A DNA stretch of 64,000 nt. It comes from Mustelus asterias. Taxonomy: Eukaryota. The notes under the pieces were generated by a model. The model made no database searches and was not told where the DNA came from. It worked only from the letters and a program-made list of their open reading frames with translations. Each line of letters starts with the position of its first letter. Positions within the stretch are counted from its first letter, which is position 1. The position numbers were made by a program, and so were the translations under genes. This document shows positions 23,974 to 35,505 of this stretch, one piece after another. The stretch is from positions 1,550,001 to 1,614,000 of the forward strand of contig NW_027590119.1 in the NCBI RefSeq assembly GCF_964213995.1, given 5' to 3'.

Positions 23974-26241
23974 TGGGTGAGCATCTTGGGGATAGCGATC
24001 ATAATTCTATCTCCTTCACGATAGCATTGGAAAGAGATAGGATCAGGCAGGCTAGGAAAATGTTTCTCTGGAGTAAAGGGAAATACAGTGTCATCAGGGA
24101 GGAAATTAGACGGGTAAATTGGAAGAAGGCATTCTTGGGGAAAAGTACCGAAGGAAAGTGGAGGATTTTCAAGGAATGTTTGTCTGGAGCTCTGCATGAC
24201 AACGTTCCGATGAGACAGGGGGGTGTTGGTAGGGTACGGGAACCGTGGTGCACGAAGGTTGTGATGAACCTGGTGAATAAGAAAAGAGAGGCGTACAGAA
24301 GGTTCAGAGAGCTAGGAGGTGTTAAGGATTTAGAGGAGTATACGGGATGTAGGAAGGAGCTTAAGAAGGAAATTAGGAGAGCGAGAAGGGGTCATGAGAA
24401 GGCCTTGGCGGGTAAGATTAAGGAGAATCCCAAGGCTTTCTACAAATATGTCAAGAGTAAAAGGATGAGATGTGAAGGCATAGGACCCTTAAAAGGTGAA
24501 GGGGGAAAAGTTTGTGCGGAACCGTAAGAAATGGCGGAGCTGCTTAATGAATACTTTACCTCGGTATTCACGGTGGAAAGGGATCTGGGTGGTTGTACTG
24601 CTGGTTTGCGGTGGACAGAAAGGATCGAGCATGTGGACATAAAGAAAGAGGATGTGTTGGAACTATTGAATGGCATCAAGGTTGGTAAGTCGCCGGGACC
24701 GGATGGGATGTACCCCAGGTTACTGTGGGAGGCGAGGGAGGAGATTGCGGAGCCTTTGGCGATGATCTTTGCATCGTCGATGGAGACGGGAGAGGTTCCG
24801 GAGGATTGGAGGATTGCAGATGTGGTCCCTATATTCAAGAAAGGGAACAGGGACAGCCTGGGAAATTACCGACCGGTGAGTCTAACCTCAGTGGTTGGTA
24901 AGTTGATGGAGAGGATCCTGAGAGACAGGATTTATGATCATCTAGAGAAGTTTAGTATGATCAAAAGTAGTCAGCACGGCTTTGTCAAGGGCAGGTTGTG
25001 CCTTACGAGCCTGGTTGAGTTCTTTGAAAATGTGACCAAACACATTGACGAAGAAAGAGCGGTGGATGTGGTCTATATGGACTTCAGCAAGGCGTTCGAT
25101 AAGGTCCCCCATGCAAGACTTCTTGAGAAAGTGAGAGGGCATGGGATCCAAGGGGCTGTTGCCTTGTGGATCCAGAACTGGCTTGCCTGCAGAAGGCAGA
25201 GAGTGGCTGTGGAGGGGTCTTTCTCTGCATGGAGGTCAGTGACCAGTGGAGTGCCCCAGGGATCTGTTCTGGGACCCTTGCTGTTTGTCATTTTCATAAA
25301 TGACCTGGATGAGGAAGTGGAGGGATGGGTTGGTAAGTTTGCTGACGACACCAAGGTAGGTGGTGTTGTGGATAGTTTGGAGGGATGTCAGAAGTTGCAG
25401 CGAGACATAGATAGAATGCAAGACTGGGCGGAGAAGTGGCAGATGGACTTCAACCCGGATAAGTGTGTAGTGATCCATTTTGGCAGATCCAATGGGATGA
25501 AGCAGCAGTATAATATGAAGGGTACCATTCTTAGCAGTGTAGAGGATCAGAAGGACCTTGGGGTCCGGGTCCATAGGACTCTTAAATCGGCCTCGCAGGT
25601 GGAGGATGCGGTCAAGAAGGCGTACGGCGTACTAGCCTTCATTAATCGAGGGATTGAGTTTAGGAGTCGGGAGATAATGCTGCAGCTTTATAGGACCCTG
25701 GTTAGACCCCACTTGGAGTACTGCGCGCAGTTCTGGTCACCTCATTACAGGAAAGATGTTGAAGCCATTGAAAGGGTGCAGAGGAGATTTACAAGGATGT
25801 TGCCTGGATTGGGGGGCATGCCTTATGAGGATAGGTTGAGGGAGCTTGGTCTCTTCTCCCTGGAGAGACGAAGGATGAGAGGTGACCTGATAGAGGTTTA
25901 CAAGATGTTGAGAGGTCTGGATAGGGTAGACTCTCAGAGGCTATTTCCAAGGGCTGAAATGGTTGCTACGAGAGGACACAGGTTTAAGGTGCTGGGGGGT
26001 AGGTACAGAGGAGATGTCAGGGGTAAGTTTTTCACTCAGAGGGTGGTGGGTGAGTGGAATCGGCTGACGCCGGTGGTGGTGGAGGCAAACTCGTTGGGGT
26101 CTTTTAAGAGACTTCTGGATGAGTACATGGGATTTAATGGGATTGAGGGCTATAGATAGGCCTAGAGGTAGGGATATGATCAGCGCAACTTGTGGGCCGA
26201 AGGGCCTGTTTGTGCTGTGGCTTTCTATGTTCTATGTTCTA
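23974..26241 (+). mobile_element. Second copy of CR1 family A, 5'-truncated, RT frame intact (24531..26159)
   Basis: Near-identical to 6128..8854 without the nested insert; TAA at 24525-24527; (TTCTATG)n tail. Confidence 0.95.
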
Positions 26242-26532
26242 TCCAAGGAGAGTTATTCCAATTCCTTTATTGTCCAGGACAATATATTCACAATATCTTT
26301 AAAACAGAAATTAAACATTCCCATTTGATTTCAGGTATTAACATATTCTGTTAGTTTGTTCTTTATTGTCAATGTCAGGCTGGGGTTGTTCCTCTTGGAG
26401 CAAAGGAGGTTGAGGGGAGATTTGATAGGGGTGGACAAGATTCTGACAGGTTTAGATAAGGTGGACAAAGAAAAGCTGTTCCCATTAGCTGATGGGATAA
26501 GGAAGACAAGCAAATTTAAAGTTTTGGGTGGG

Positions 26533-26861
26533 ATCATAGAATCCGAGAAACCCTACAGTGCAGAAAGAGGCCATTTGGCCCATCGAGTCTGCACCGACCA
26601 CAATCCCACCCAGCCCCAGCCCCATATCCCTCCATATTTACCCGCTAATCCCTCTAACCTACGCATCTCAGGACTCGAAGGGGCAATTTTTAGCATGGCC
26701 AATCAACCTAACCCGCACATCTTTGGACTGTGGGAGGAAACCCACACAGACACGAGGAGAATGTGCAAACTCCACACAGACAGTGACCCAAGTCGGGAAT
26801 CAAACCCAGGTCCCTGGAGCTGTGAAGCAGCGGTGCTAACCACTGTGCTACCGTGCTGCCC
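26533..26861 (-). mobile_element. HE1/V-SINE-like SINE inserted in an old CR1 3' fragment (26377..26975)
   Basis: Reverse-strand A/B boxes at 26790-26861; the flanks read LGLFLLEQRRLRGDLI and QRMVMTWNPLP. Confidence 0.9.
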
Positions 26862-27210
26862 ATGCGAAGAAGAATATTTTGATGCAGCGAATGGTAATGA
26901 CCTGGAACCCGCTGCCTACGAGGGTGGAGGAAGTGGAGACAATAAACAATTACAAAGGAAATTGGATGGGCATTTGGGGGGTTTCAAACAGAAATGCTGA
27001 CGAAATAGCTCTGAACTTCCTCACACCCTGTCACTCTGTGATCCTTGTGAATTTTGAAACCAAGTATTTGCAACAAGACTCAAAGAGCATCAGCTCACTG
27101 GAGGCAAAGTCATGAGACCAGCCAGTCCAGCAGAAAGAAACCCTCCGACCCTCCCCATTGACCAATATAATTGAGAGCAGTAACAATAACAGCAGAATCC
27201 ACCCCTGGAA

Positions 27211-28053
27211 TCACTCGTGAACTCGCTGGTGTCTCAACAGCTGGGATGAAAGACTGAATCTCTTCTCACACACAGAGCAGCTGAACGGTCTCTCCCCAGT
27301 GTGAATTCCCTGGTGTGTCTGCAGGCTGGATAACCGAGAGAATCCCTTTCCACACACAGAGCAGGTGAACGGTTTCTTCCCAGTGTGAACTTGTTGGTGT
27401 GTCTGCAGGCTGGATGAATCACTGAACCGTTTCCCACACTGAGAGCAGGTGAACGGCCTCTCCCCAGTGTGAACTCGCTGGTGCCTCCACAGGTTGGATG
27501 AACAAGTGAATCCCTCCCCACACACAGAGCAGGTGAACGGCCTCTCCCCAGTGTGAACTCGCTGGTGTATGTGCAGGCTGGATAAATGACTGAATCCCTC
27601 CCCACACTGAGAACACGTGAACGGTTTCTCCCCAGTGTGAACTCGCTGGTGTGTCCGCAGGCTGGATGAATCACTGAACCGCTTCCCACACTGACAGCAG
27701 GTGAACGGTTTCTCCCCAGTGTGAACTCGTTGGTGTCTCCGCAGGCTGGATGAATCACTGAACCGCTTCCCACACTGAGAGCAGGTGAATGGTCTCTCCC
27801 CAGTGTGAACTCGCTGGTGTGTCAGCAGGCTGGATGAATCACTGAATCCCTTCCCACACTGAGAGCAGGTGAACGGTCTCTCTCCAGTGTGGACTCGCTG
27901 GTGTTTCTGCAAGGTGGCTAACAGAGCGAATCCCTTCCCACACTGAGAGCAGATGAACGGCCTCTCCCCAGTGTGGCTGCGCCGATGAGCTTCCAGCTGA
28001 GATGGGACTTTGTATCTCTTCCCACAGTCCGCACATTTCCATGGTTTCTCCAT
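27211..28053 (-). CDS. C2H2 zinc-finger gene C (10 fingers)
   Basis: ACCATGG start at 28053 (MEKPWKC); 10 intact fingers; candidate acceptor ttttacag at 28405 and upstream donor GG/GTGAAT at about 28566. Confidence 0.9.
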   Translation of the reverse strand: MEKPWKCADCGKRYKVPSQLEAHRRSHTGERPFICSQCGKGFALLATLQKHQRVHTGERPFTCSQCGKGFSDSSSLLTHQRVHTGERPFTCSQCGKRFSDSSSLRRHQRVHTGEKPFTCCQCGKRFSDSSSLRTHQRVHTGEKPFTCSQCGEGFSHLSSLHIHQRVHTGERPFTCSVCGEGFTCSSNLWRHQRVHTGERPFTCSQCGKRFSDSSSLQTHQQVHTGKKPFTCSVCGKGFSRLSSLQTHQGIHTGERPFSCSVCEKRFSLSSQLLRHQRVHE

Positions 28054-29399
28054 GGTGCAGGTGTCCTTGCCTCTCTCTTGGGTGGACAATCAGTTGAAGC
28101 CTTGTCCACACACAGAACACGGGTACAGTCTCTCCCCACTGTGAATGGTGTGATATTTATTCAGGCTGTGTAACTGGTTAAAGCTCTTTAGTCAGTGAAC
28201 TGGAACACTCTCACTCCAGTGTGGCAGTGTGTTAGTGTTTTTCCAGTCACACTGATGTTTGAAATTTTTTCAAATCGACAGACTGGACAAACATTTCTCC
28301 TTCCGGATTCAAAGGCCGATGATATTTAGCTCCCGAGGAATATGACTCTGTCAGATCGAGACGTGACGTTTGAGATTTCAGCCTGGGATTCCTCTTTCAA
28401 TATCCTGTAAAACAAGTTTACAAAAAAGTTATCACTGTCAGTACAGGATAGAAATTCTGAACAGACAATTCTAGTTTCTATGGAACATTATTTCCTCTCT
28501 CATTCCTCAAAATCTCCATCCCACACACTCTCCCTCCATTCTCACTCTGCTGTATCTAATATTCACCCTCCCAATTCTCCTGAAGGTTCTGATTGAGGCT
28601 GATTGGCAGATCCATGCTCACTGCTTCCTGTCCACCACACAGAAATCATAAGAAATTGGAGCTGCAGTTGGCCATTCAGCCCATTGAACTGCTTCAACCA
28701 TTGACTGAGAATTGGCTGATCGACCTCACACTTTTTCCATAGGGCCACTATTTCCCAAACTATCCCCCAGGTTGCTCAATGCCTCAAAACTTATCAATCT
28801 CTCTCTTGAAAATATTTGATGACTGAAGCTCCACAGTCCTCTGGAGTGCAGAGTTCAAAAGCTTCAACACATCCTTGAGTGAGGAAATCTCTCCTCATCT
28901 TAACTTTCACTCCATTTTCCTACCTGTTCTCCATAACGCTTGAATCCTTTATCAATGTAAAATCCATCTAACTCATCCTCGAATATATTCAATAACCCTC
29001 AGCTTCCACTGATCCCTGTGGAAGAGAAATCCAAAGACTAATGACTCTAATAAGCAAGAGATGAATAACTGGAAATATATAATATATATCTCATTCAGGC
29101 TGATTGACAGATCCATGCTCACTGCTTCCTGTTCTGGACACAGAGAGCTGAAAATCTTCAAGCTGACAGCCACGTTAAAGTTTTACATTTGGATATAAAT
29201 GAGCAGCCTGATGATGTGTGTAATACACTGTATTACCTGGTTACAGATACATAAAGAATGTGAGGAGGATCTTTATTTAGGCAGAGAGTGGTAACCTGGA
29301 AGTTAAAAATTGAAGCCCAGAATGAGAAAAGAAATGGAAAGGGGGAGAAAAGAAAGTGTTTTACTCACAGATGTAGACGACAGGAGGAAGGTTGAGTCT

Positions 29400-29860
29400 G
29401 TCTGAAGCTCAATCTTCATTCAGAGGGAGAGGAACAGCAGCCACAATGGAGGAAGCTCCGCGCAGCCATTGACACAAGGCCCCGACTCTGATTGGCTGGA
29501 GGACCAGCGCCCATCCGGTCCTCCACGCGTTGCCATTGGTCAATCTGCCGCATGTAGACAATGAGGGGGCGGGGCCCGGCCCTACGTGGGGGTGGGCGGG
29601 GCTTTGACTGCCAGCCCCGCTGAGCTGGTGTCCAATCCGCAGTGTGCTGCTTCTGTAAACAGTGATATTGCTGCCAATGGGACACTGTGTGCTGGGAACG
29701 CCCCTCTGAGTCATTGTGACGGCACAATGGAGCCCTGCCTGAATCAGCCAACAGCAATCACTCTGCTCCGCGGTGACGTTTCCGGGTTCAGGCGCGCGGA
29801 CCCGGGAGCCCCGCCCCCGCCCCCACCCATTGTTCCCCCAGTCTGTACATTCCACACATT
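29400..29860. promoter_or_regulatory. CpG-rich promoter region (type 3) upstream of ZNF C
   Basis: GC boxes GGGGCGGGG (about 29566) and GCCCCGCCCC (about 29808), ATTGG/CCAAT boxes, TGACGTTTCCGG (ATF/ETS-like); paralogous to 37540-37990. Confidence 0.65.
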
Positions 29861-30569
29861 GTTAGTCCAGTCAGATAGACATATATCTGTCTGGCAGCCT
29901 GCATGGAGATTTCCAGCTCTCTGTGTCCAGGACAGGAAGCAGTGAGCATGGATCTGTCAATAAATAGAACGGGGCAAGGGTTTTATATGCAAAGGGCCAG
30001 CATTGAATCAGTGGACCGAATGGCCCCATTCTAGACCCGAACGTCTGACTAATTTAAAGAGAGAAATTTCAGCTGCTCCAGTCTCTCCAACTAACTGAAT
30101 TGCTTCATCATAAAATCGTACAGTGCAGGAGAGGCCCTTCAGCCCATTGAATCTGCACCTACACACAAGAAACACCTGAGCTCCCACCTAATCCCATTTA
30201 CCAGCACCTGGCCCATAGCCTTAAATGTTCTGACTTGCCAAGTGCTGATCCAGGTACTTTTTAAATGTTGCGAGGTGCCATTCTTGTAAATCTCTGCACC
30301 CTCTCTAAGAATTTCACATCTTTCCTAAAGTCTGGGGCCCATATATAGGGTTCCATTCTCGAGGAACAGAATTGAACAGCAGGGAGGTTATGTTCAACTT
30401 GATGAGAAGCGCGATTATACCACACTGGGAGTATTGTCAGTGTTTGTGATCTCCATTGAGAATCATAGAATTCCTCCAATGCGGAAGGAGGCCATTCAGC
30501 CCATTGAGTCTGCACCGATTCAACCATCAAGCAAAGACTCAGATATCAAATCAGTCAGTACTATCAAAG

Positions 30570-30797
30570 TTTATTGTTTATATGCAACGTTTAGGATCTC
30601 GCCCTCCCGGGAGAGGTAGTGGAAGCAGATACGATAGTGACTTCGAAGGGGTGTCTTGACAAATATATGAATAGGATCGGAATAGAGGGATATGGTCCCA
30701 GAAAGGGCAGGGGGTTTTAGTTCAGATGGGCAGCATGGTCGTTGCAGGCTTGGAGGGCTGAAGGGCCTGTTACTGTGCTGTAATTTTCTTTGTTCTT
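30570..30797 (+). mobile_element. CR1 3' terminal fragment
   Basis: 3' UTR with GGGCTGAAGGGCCTG stem-loop and TTCTTTGTTCTTT tail; further antisense CR1 pieces at about 30110-30350. Confidence 0.7.
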
Positions 30798-32077
30798 TAT
30801 CACCTAACTAACAGAGGTGGGATAAAAGGTAAAGTTTACTCATCAGTGAAACTCTACCAACTCCACACTTTCAAATCAGTGATCAATCCAAGAGAAGTGG
30901 ATGACAATGTGAACTCCTGGGGCTGACAGAGAAACAGTCACTGCCTCCCAAAAGCACGGATGGCACCTTCCTGGGGTTTCGACTGGCAGGGAACCCATCA
31001 CTGAACCAGTGCCAGGACTAATTACTCATCTGCCCCTGAGCTTTATTGGAAACAACCTTCATGCTGAAAGGAGGAAGCTCGACTATCCCTGAAGATCCAA
31101 ACCGCTTCTCCCACACTCGATGTTCGCAAAGGTGGATCCCGGAAACCCCTCTTTTTACACCCAAAAGATGTTGTGAGCCCACCTGAGGCAAGTAGTTGGA
31201 AACAGCCAAGAGGTCTATAATTTGTCAATCAAGTCAACTCCATTGCTTCCAGTTAATCACTGGTCTTCAACTTAGGACAGTGCCTTCCTTTCAGCTCTGT
31301 CTGTTATCTTGATGTCTTTACAGGAATCCCATTCATTCAGACAGACTCAACAGTCAAGGACAGTGTGTGTGTTCCTGATAGGGAGAGAGTCCAAGGCTGA
31401 TCCCATTTCTTTCCCAGCTCTGACACCACCTTCATGTCCTCATAAGAAAAGCTGATGGAGAAATACAGAAATATCCTAAAGTGACTTCTCATTAACTGCT
31501 GATTATTAATAACTCATCCTTCAATTGAAACTTAACTGAGGTTCACTATTTGGTCAGTTACCTGTTTCTGGCTGATTCCTATTGATGTAATAACCCTTCA
31601 TGAATACATGTGAGTGATTATACTGAACATTAAACGGCTTCTTATCTCTGTGCGAGAACAAAATGACATTTTGACCTTTCATTGCTGTCAATGTAACTGG
31701 AATTAAATTGAAAATGGTTGGGTTTCACTAAAATCTAGCGTGCAGACTTAGTTACACAACTGGCCCGGCCCTGTGCTGTTGACTCAATGGAACAGAGACA
31801 AGTTTATTTATTTTAGATCTGTCTGTAGTGGTGGGAAAAACTATTTACATCCAGGATAAATTATATGTCTTTCATCAGCCTTTGTGGAGCATTTCATTGG
31901 AAATGTGCTCTCCCAGGCTCAAAGAGCATCAGCCCACTGGAAGCAAAGTCATGAGACCGGCCTGTCCAGCAGAAAGAAACCCTCCTACCCTCCCATTTCA
32001 CCTACTGTCAGAATGAACATGGTTCAGTCCTGGATGTGATTAACAGCAGCAATAACAGCAGAATCCAACCCCCGTCA

Positions 32078-33424
32078 TCACTTGTGAATTCGCTGGTGTC
32101 TCAGCAGGTGGGATGACGGAGTGAATCCCTTCCCACACATGGAGCAGGTGAATGGTCTCTCCCCAGAGTGAATTCGCTGGTGTGTCTGCAGGCTGGAGAA
32201 CTGAGTGAATCCCTTCCCACACACGGTGCAGGTGAATGGCTTCTCCCCGGTGTGAACTCGCTGGTGTGCCCGCAGGCCGGATGACAATTTAAACTTCTTT
32301 GTGCAGTGAGAGCAGCTGAACGGTCTCTCCTCAGTGTGAATGCGCTGGTGGGACTTCAGTTCTCGAGAGCTTTTGAAGCCGCTCCCACAGTCAGAGCATT
32401 TAAAGGGTTTCTCACTAGTGTGAGTGAGATTGTGCCTCAGCAAGTTGGATAACTGAGCAAATCCCTTCCCACACACCGAGCAGGTGAATGGTCTCTCTCC
32501 AGTGTGAACTCGCTGGTGTTTCAGCAGGTGGGATGACTGAGTGAACCCCTTCCCACACTGAGAGCAGGTGAACGGCCACTCCCCAGTGTGAACTCGCTGG
32601 TGTGTCCGCAGGGTGGATGATGATCTAAACCTCTTTGTGCAGTGAGAGCAGCTGAACGGTCTCTCCTCAGTGTGAATGCGCTGGTGGGACACCAGTTCCT
32701 GAGAGCTTTGGAATCCGCTTCCACAGTCAGAGCATTTAAAGGATCTCTCATTGCTGTGAGTGACCTTGTGGTTCAGCAGGCTGGATAAGTGAACATAGCT
32801 GTTCCCACACACTGAGCATGTGAACGGCTTCTCCCTGGTATGAACTCGCTGGTGTCTCAGCAAAGTGGATAACTGAGCGAATCCCATCCCACACTCAGAA
32901 CAAAGGAACGGTCTCTCCCCAGTGTGAACTCGCTGGTGTACGCGCAGGTTGGATGATGTTCTAAATCTCTTTGTGCAGTGAGAGCAGCTGAACGGTCTCT
33001 CCCCAGTGTGAATGCGCTGGTGGGAAATCAGTGCCCGAGAGCTTTTGAATCCGCTCCCACAGTCAGAGCATTTAAAGGGTCTCTTCTGGCTGTGAGTGAC
33101 TTTGTGACTCAGCAGCTGGAATAACTGAGTGAATCCCTTCCCACAGTCAGAGCAGGTGAACGGTCTCTCCCCAGTGTGAACTCGCTGGTGTCTCTGCAGA
33201 CTGGATGACAGAGTGAATCCCTTCCCACAGTCAGGGCAGGTGAATGGTGTCCCCCCAGCGTGAACTTGCTGGTGTCTCTGCAAGCTGGATAACAGAGTGA
33301 ATCCCTTCCCACAGTCAGAGCAGGTGAATGGTGTCCCCGCCTTGTAACTGCATTCATGAATTTGCAGCTCAGATGGAATTCTGTATCTCTTCCCACAGTC
33401 CTCACATTTCCACAGTCTCCCCAT
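32078..33424 (-). CDS. C2H2 zinc-finger gene D (15 intact fingers plus an atypical first finger)
   Basis: ATG at 33424 (MGRLWKC); open to HQRIHK*; candidate acceptor at 33781 and upstream exon at about 33927-34030. Confidence 0.9.
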   Translation of the reverse strand: MGRLWKCEDCGKRYRIPSELQIHECSYKAGTPFTCSDCGKGFTLLSSLQRHQQVHAGGTPFTCPDCGKGFTLSSSLQRHQRVHTGERPFTCSDCGKGFTQLFQLLSHKVTHSQKRPFKCSDCGSGFKSSRALISHQRIHTGERPFSCSHCTKRFRTSSNLRVHQRVHTGERPFLCSECGMGFAQLSTLLRHQRVHTREKPFTCSVCGNSYVHLSSLLNHKVTHSNERSFKCSDCGSGFQSSQELVSHQRIHTEERPFSCSHCTKRFRSSSTLRTHQRVHTGEWPFTCSQCGKGFTQSSHLLKHQRVHTGERPFTCSVCGKGFAQLSNLLRHNLTHTSEKPFKCSDCGSGFKSSRELKSHQRIHTEERPFSCSHCTKKFKLSSGLRAHQRVHTGEKPFTCTVCGKGFTQFSSLQTHQRIHSGERPFTCSMCGKGFTPSSHLLRHQRIHK

Positions 33425-34399
33425 GATGCGGGTGTCCTTGTAACTCTCCAGGTTAAACAATCACTTAAATCTCACACAGAACACGGGTACAGTCTCTCCC
33501 CGCTGTGAATGCTGCGATGAATTTTCAGGCTGTGTAACTGGTTAAAGCTCTTTCCACACTCAGTGCACTGGAACACTCTCACTTGGGTGTGTGTGTGTTG
33601 TTCGGTGCTATCCCAGTCACACTGATGTTTAAACATTTATGAAGCAGACAGAATAGAGAAACCTTTCTCCTTCTAGATTCAAAGGCCAATGATATTCAGG
33701 TCCTGATGATTGAGTTACTCTGTCAGATGTTGATGGTTTGGTTTGAGATTTCTGTCTGTAAATCCTCACCTTCTGATATCCTGTAAAAGGAGTTTACAAA
33801 GTCATCACTGTCGGTGCAGGATAGAAATTCAGAACAGAACATTATTTTCTCTCTCATTCCCAAAGTTGTGAATCTCCATCCCACACACTCTCCCTCCATT
33901 CTCACTCTGCTGTATCTAATATTCACCCTCCCGATTCTCCTGAAGGTGCTGATTGAGGCTGATTGACAGATCCATGCTCACTGCTTCCTGTCCTGGACAC
34001 AGAGGGCTGGAAATCTCCATGCAGGCTGCCAGACAGATATATGTCTATCTGACTGGACTAACAATGTGTTTAATGTCTAGGATTCCTTCAGTTGGTTAAG
34101 ATACAGGGGGTTGTGATTGATCATGGTCTTGAACTTGCTGCCTATGAGGGGAGTCAAGCAGAGATGATCAATAATTTTGAGATGAGATTGGATGGGTGCT
34201 GCCAGGTTACAGAAGCCATTCCAGACTGACAGAATTACTCGACAGACAGTCAGCAAGGACTCAAGTTGCTGAATGGACTCCTGTGCTGTACTGACCATGA
34301 CTAGAAATAATCAGAATGTACTTTATTACAAAGCCATGAATAATCTATCTAATCTGTGCCATATAAGAACACCAGACACATCTCTGTCTTGATGAAGTC

Positions 34400-35280
34400 A
34401 TACAATTTTACAGCATAGCAAGTGGCCCTTTGGCCCATCTTGTCTGTGCCGCCTATTAAGCACCTGTCTATTCCAATCCCATTTTCCAGCACTTACTCCA
34501 TAGCCTGGTGTGCGATCACGTTTCAATTACTCATCTAAATGCTTCTTAAATATTGTGAAGGTTGTCGCCTCTACCAACCTTTCAGGCAGAGAGATCCAGA
34601 TCCCCACCACCCTCTCGGTGAAAATGTTTTTCCTCAAATCCCCTCTGTATTTTCTGCCCCTTACCTTAAATCTTTGCCCCCTGGTTATGGACCCGTTTGC
34701 TAAGGGAGAAGTTCCTTCCTATCTACGGCCTTGATAATTTTGGACACCTCAATCAAATCCCTTCCTGAGTCTTCTCTGCTCCAGGGAGAACAACTCCAGC
34801 CTGACCATCTTCTCCTCATACCTGAAACACTCCAGCCAAGGCAAACACTCCTGGCGAATCTGCTCCACACCTTCTCTCATTCAATCTCATCCTTCCTCTT
34901 GTGTAGTGACCAGATTTGCACACAGAACTCTAGCTGTGTGCATTTTGCACAACTCCATCATAACCTCCTTGTTCTTATATTCAGCTAAGAATGGAAAGTA
35001 TCCCATATTCCTTCTTAACCATTTCATCTACCAGTCCTGGCCCCTTCAGGGTCCTATGGACATGCACCCCAAAGTCTGGTCCTCTGTACTTCTACCATCC
35101 GACCATTCAGTGTATATTCCCTTGTCTTGTTAGTTCTCTATAAATGAACTACCTCATACATTCCAGGGTTAAATTCAATTTGCCATTGCTCTGTCCATCT
35201 AACCAGCCCGTCTACATCCTCCTGTAATCTAAGGCTTTGCTCCTCACTATTTATCACATCATCAATTTTGGTGATATCTG
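34400..35280 (-). mobile_element. Old CR1 3' portion
   Basis: Antisense CR1 3' UTR and ORF2 C-terminal remnants (ccaccaccctc...ccccttaccttaaa). Confidence 0.65.
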
Positions 35281-35290
35281 TGAAATTAGA

Positions 35291-35505
35291 GGGCAGCAAA
35301 GTGACACAGTGGTTAGCACTGCTGCCTCACAGCGCCAGGGACATGGGTTCAATTCCCGGTTTAGGTCACTGTTTGTGTGGAGTCTGCACGTTCTCCTCAT
35401 GTCTGCGTGGGTTTCCTCTGCGTTCTTCGGTTTCCTCCCAAACATGTGCAGGTTAGGTGGATTCTAAATTGCCCCTTAGTGTTGGAGGGCTAGCAGGGTA
35501 AATGC
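35291..35505 (+). mobile_element. HE1-like SINE 5' part, split by a CR1; its tail continues at 37099..37175
   Basis: A/B boxes at 35300-35360; the tail GATGGGCCGAATGGCCTCCTTCTGCACTG appears directly after the CR1 end. Confidence 0.85.

Noticed and set aside
27234-27773. Long alternative-frame ORFs over ZNF arrays ([18 protein letters not shown] repeats)
   Set aside because: These are expected shadow frames of 84-bp finger repeats.
28090-28249. Selenocysteine or programmed readthrough at the conserved ghost-finger TGAs
   Set aside because: Each copy has additional indels or stops between the TGAs and the ATG, and no SECIS was recognised. Kept only as a shared ancestral lesion.
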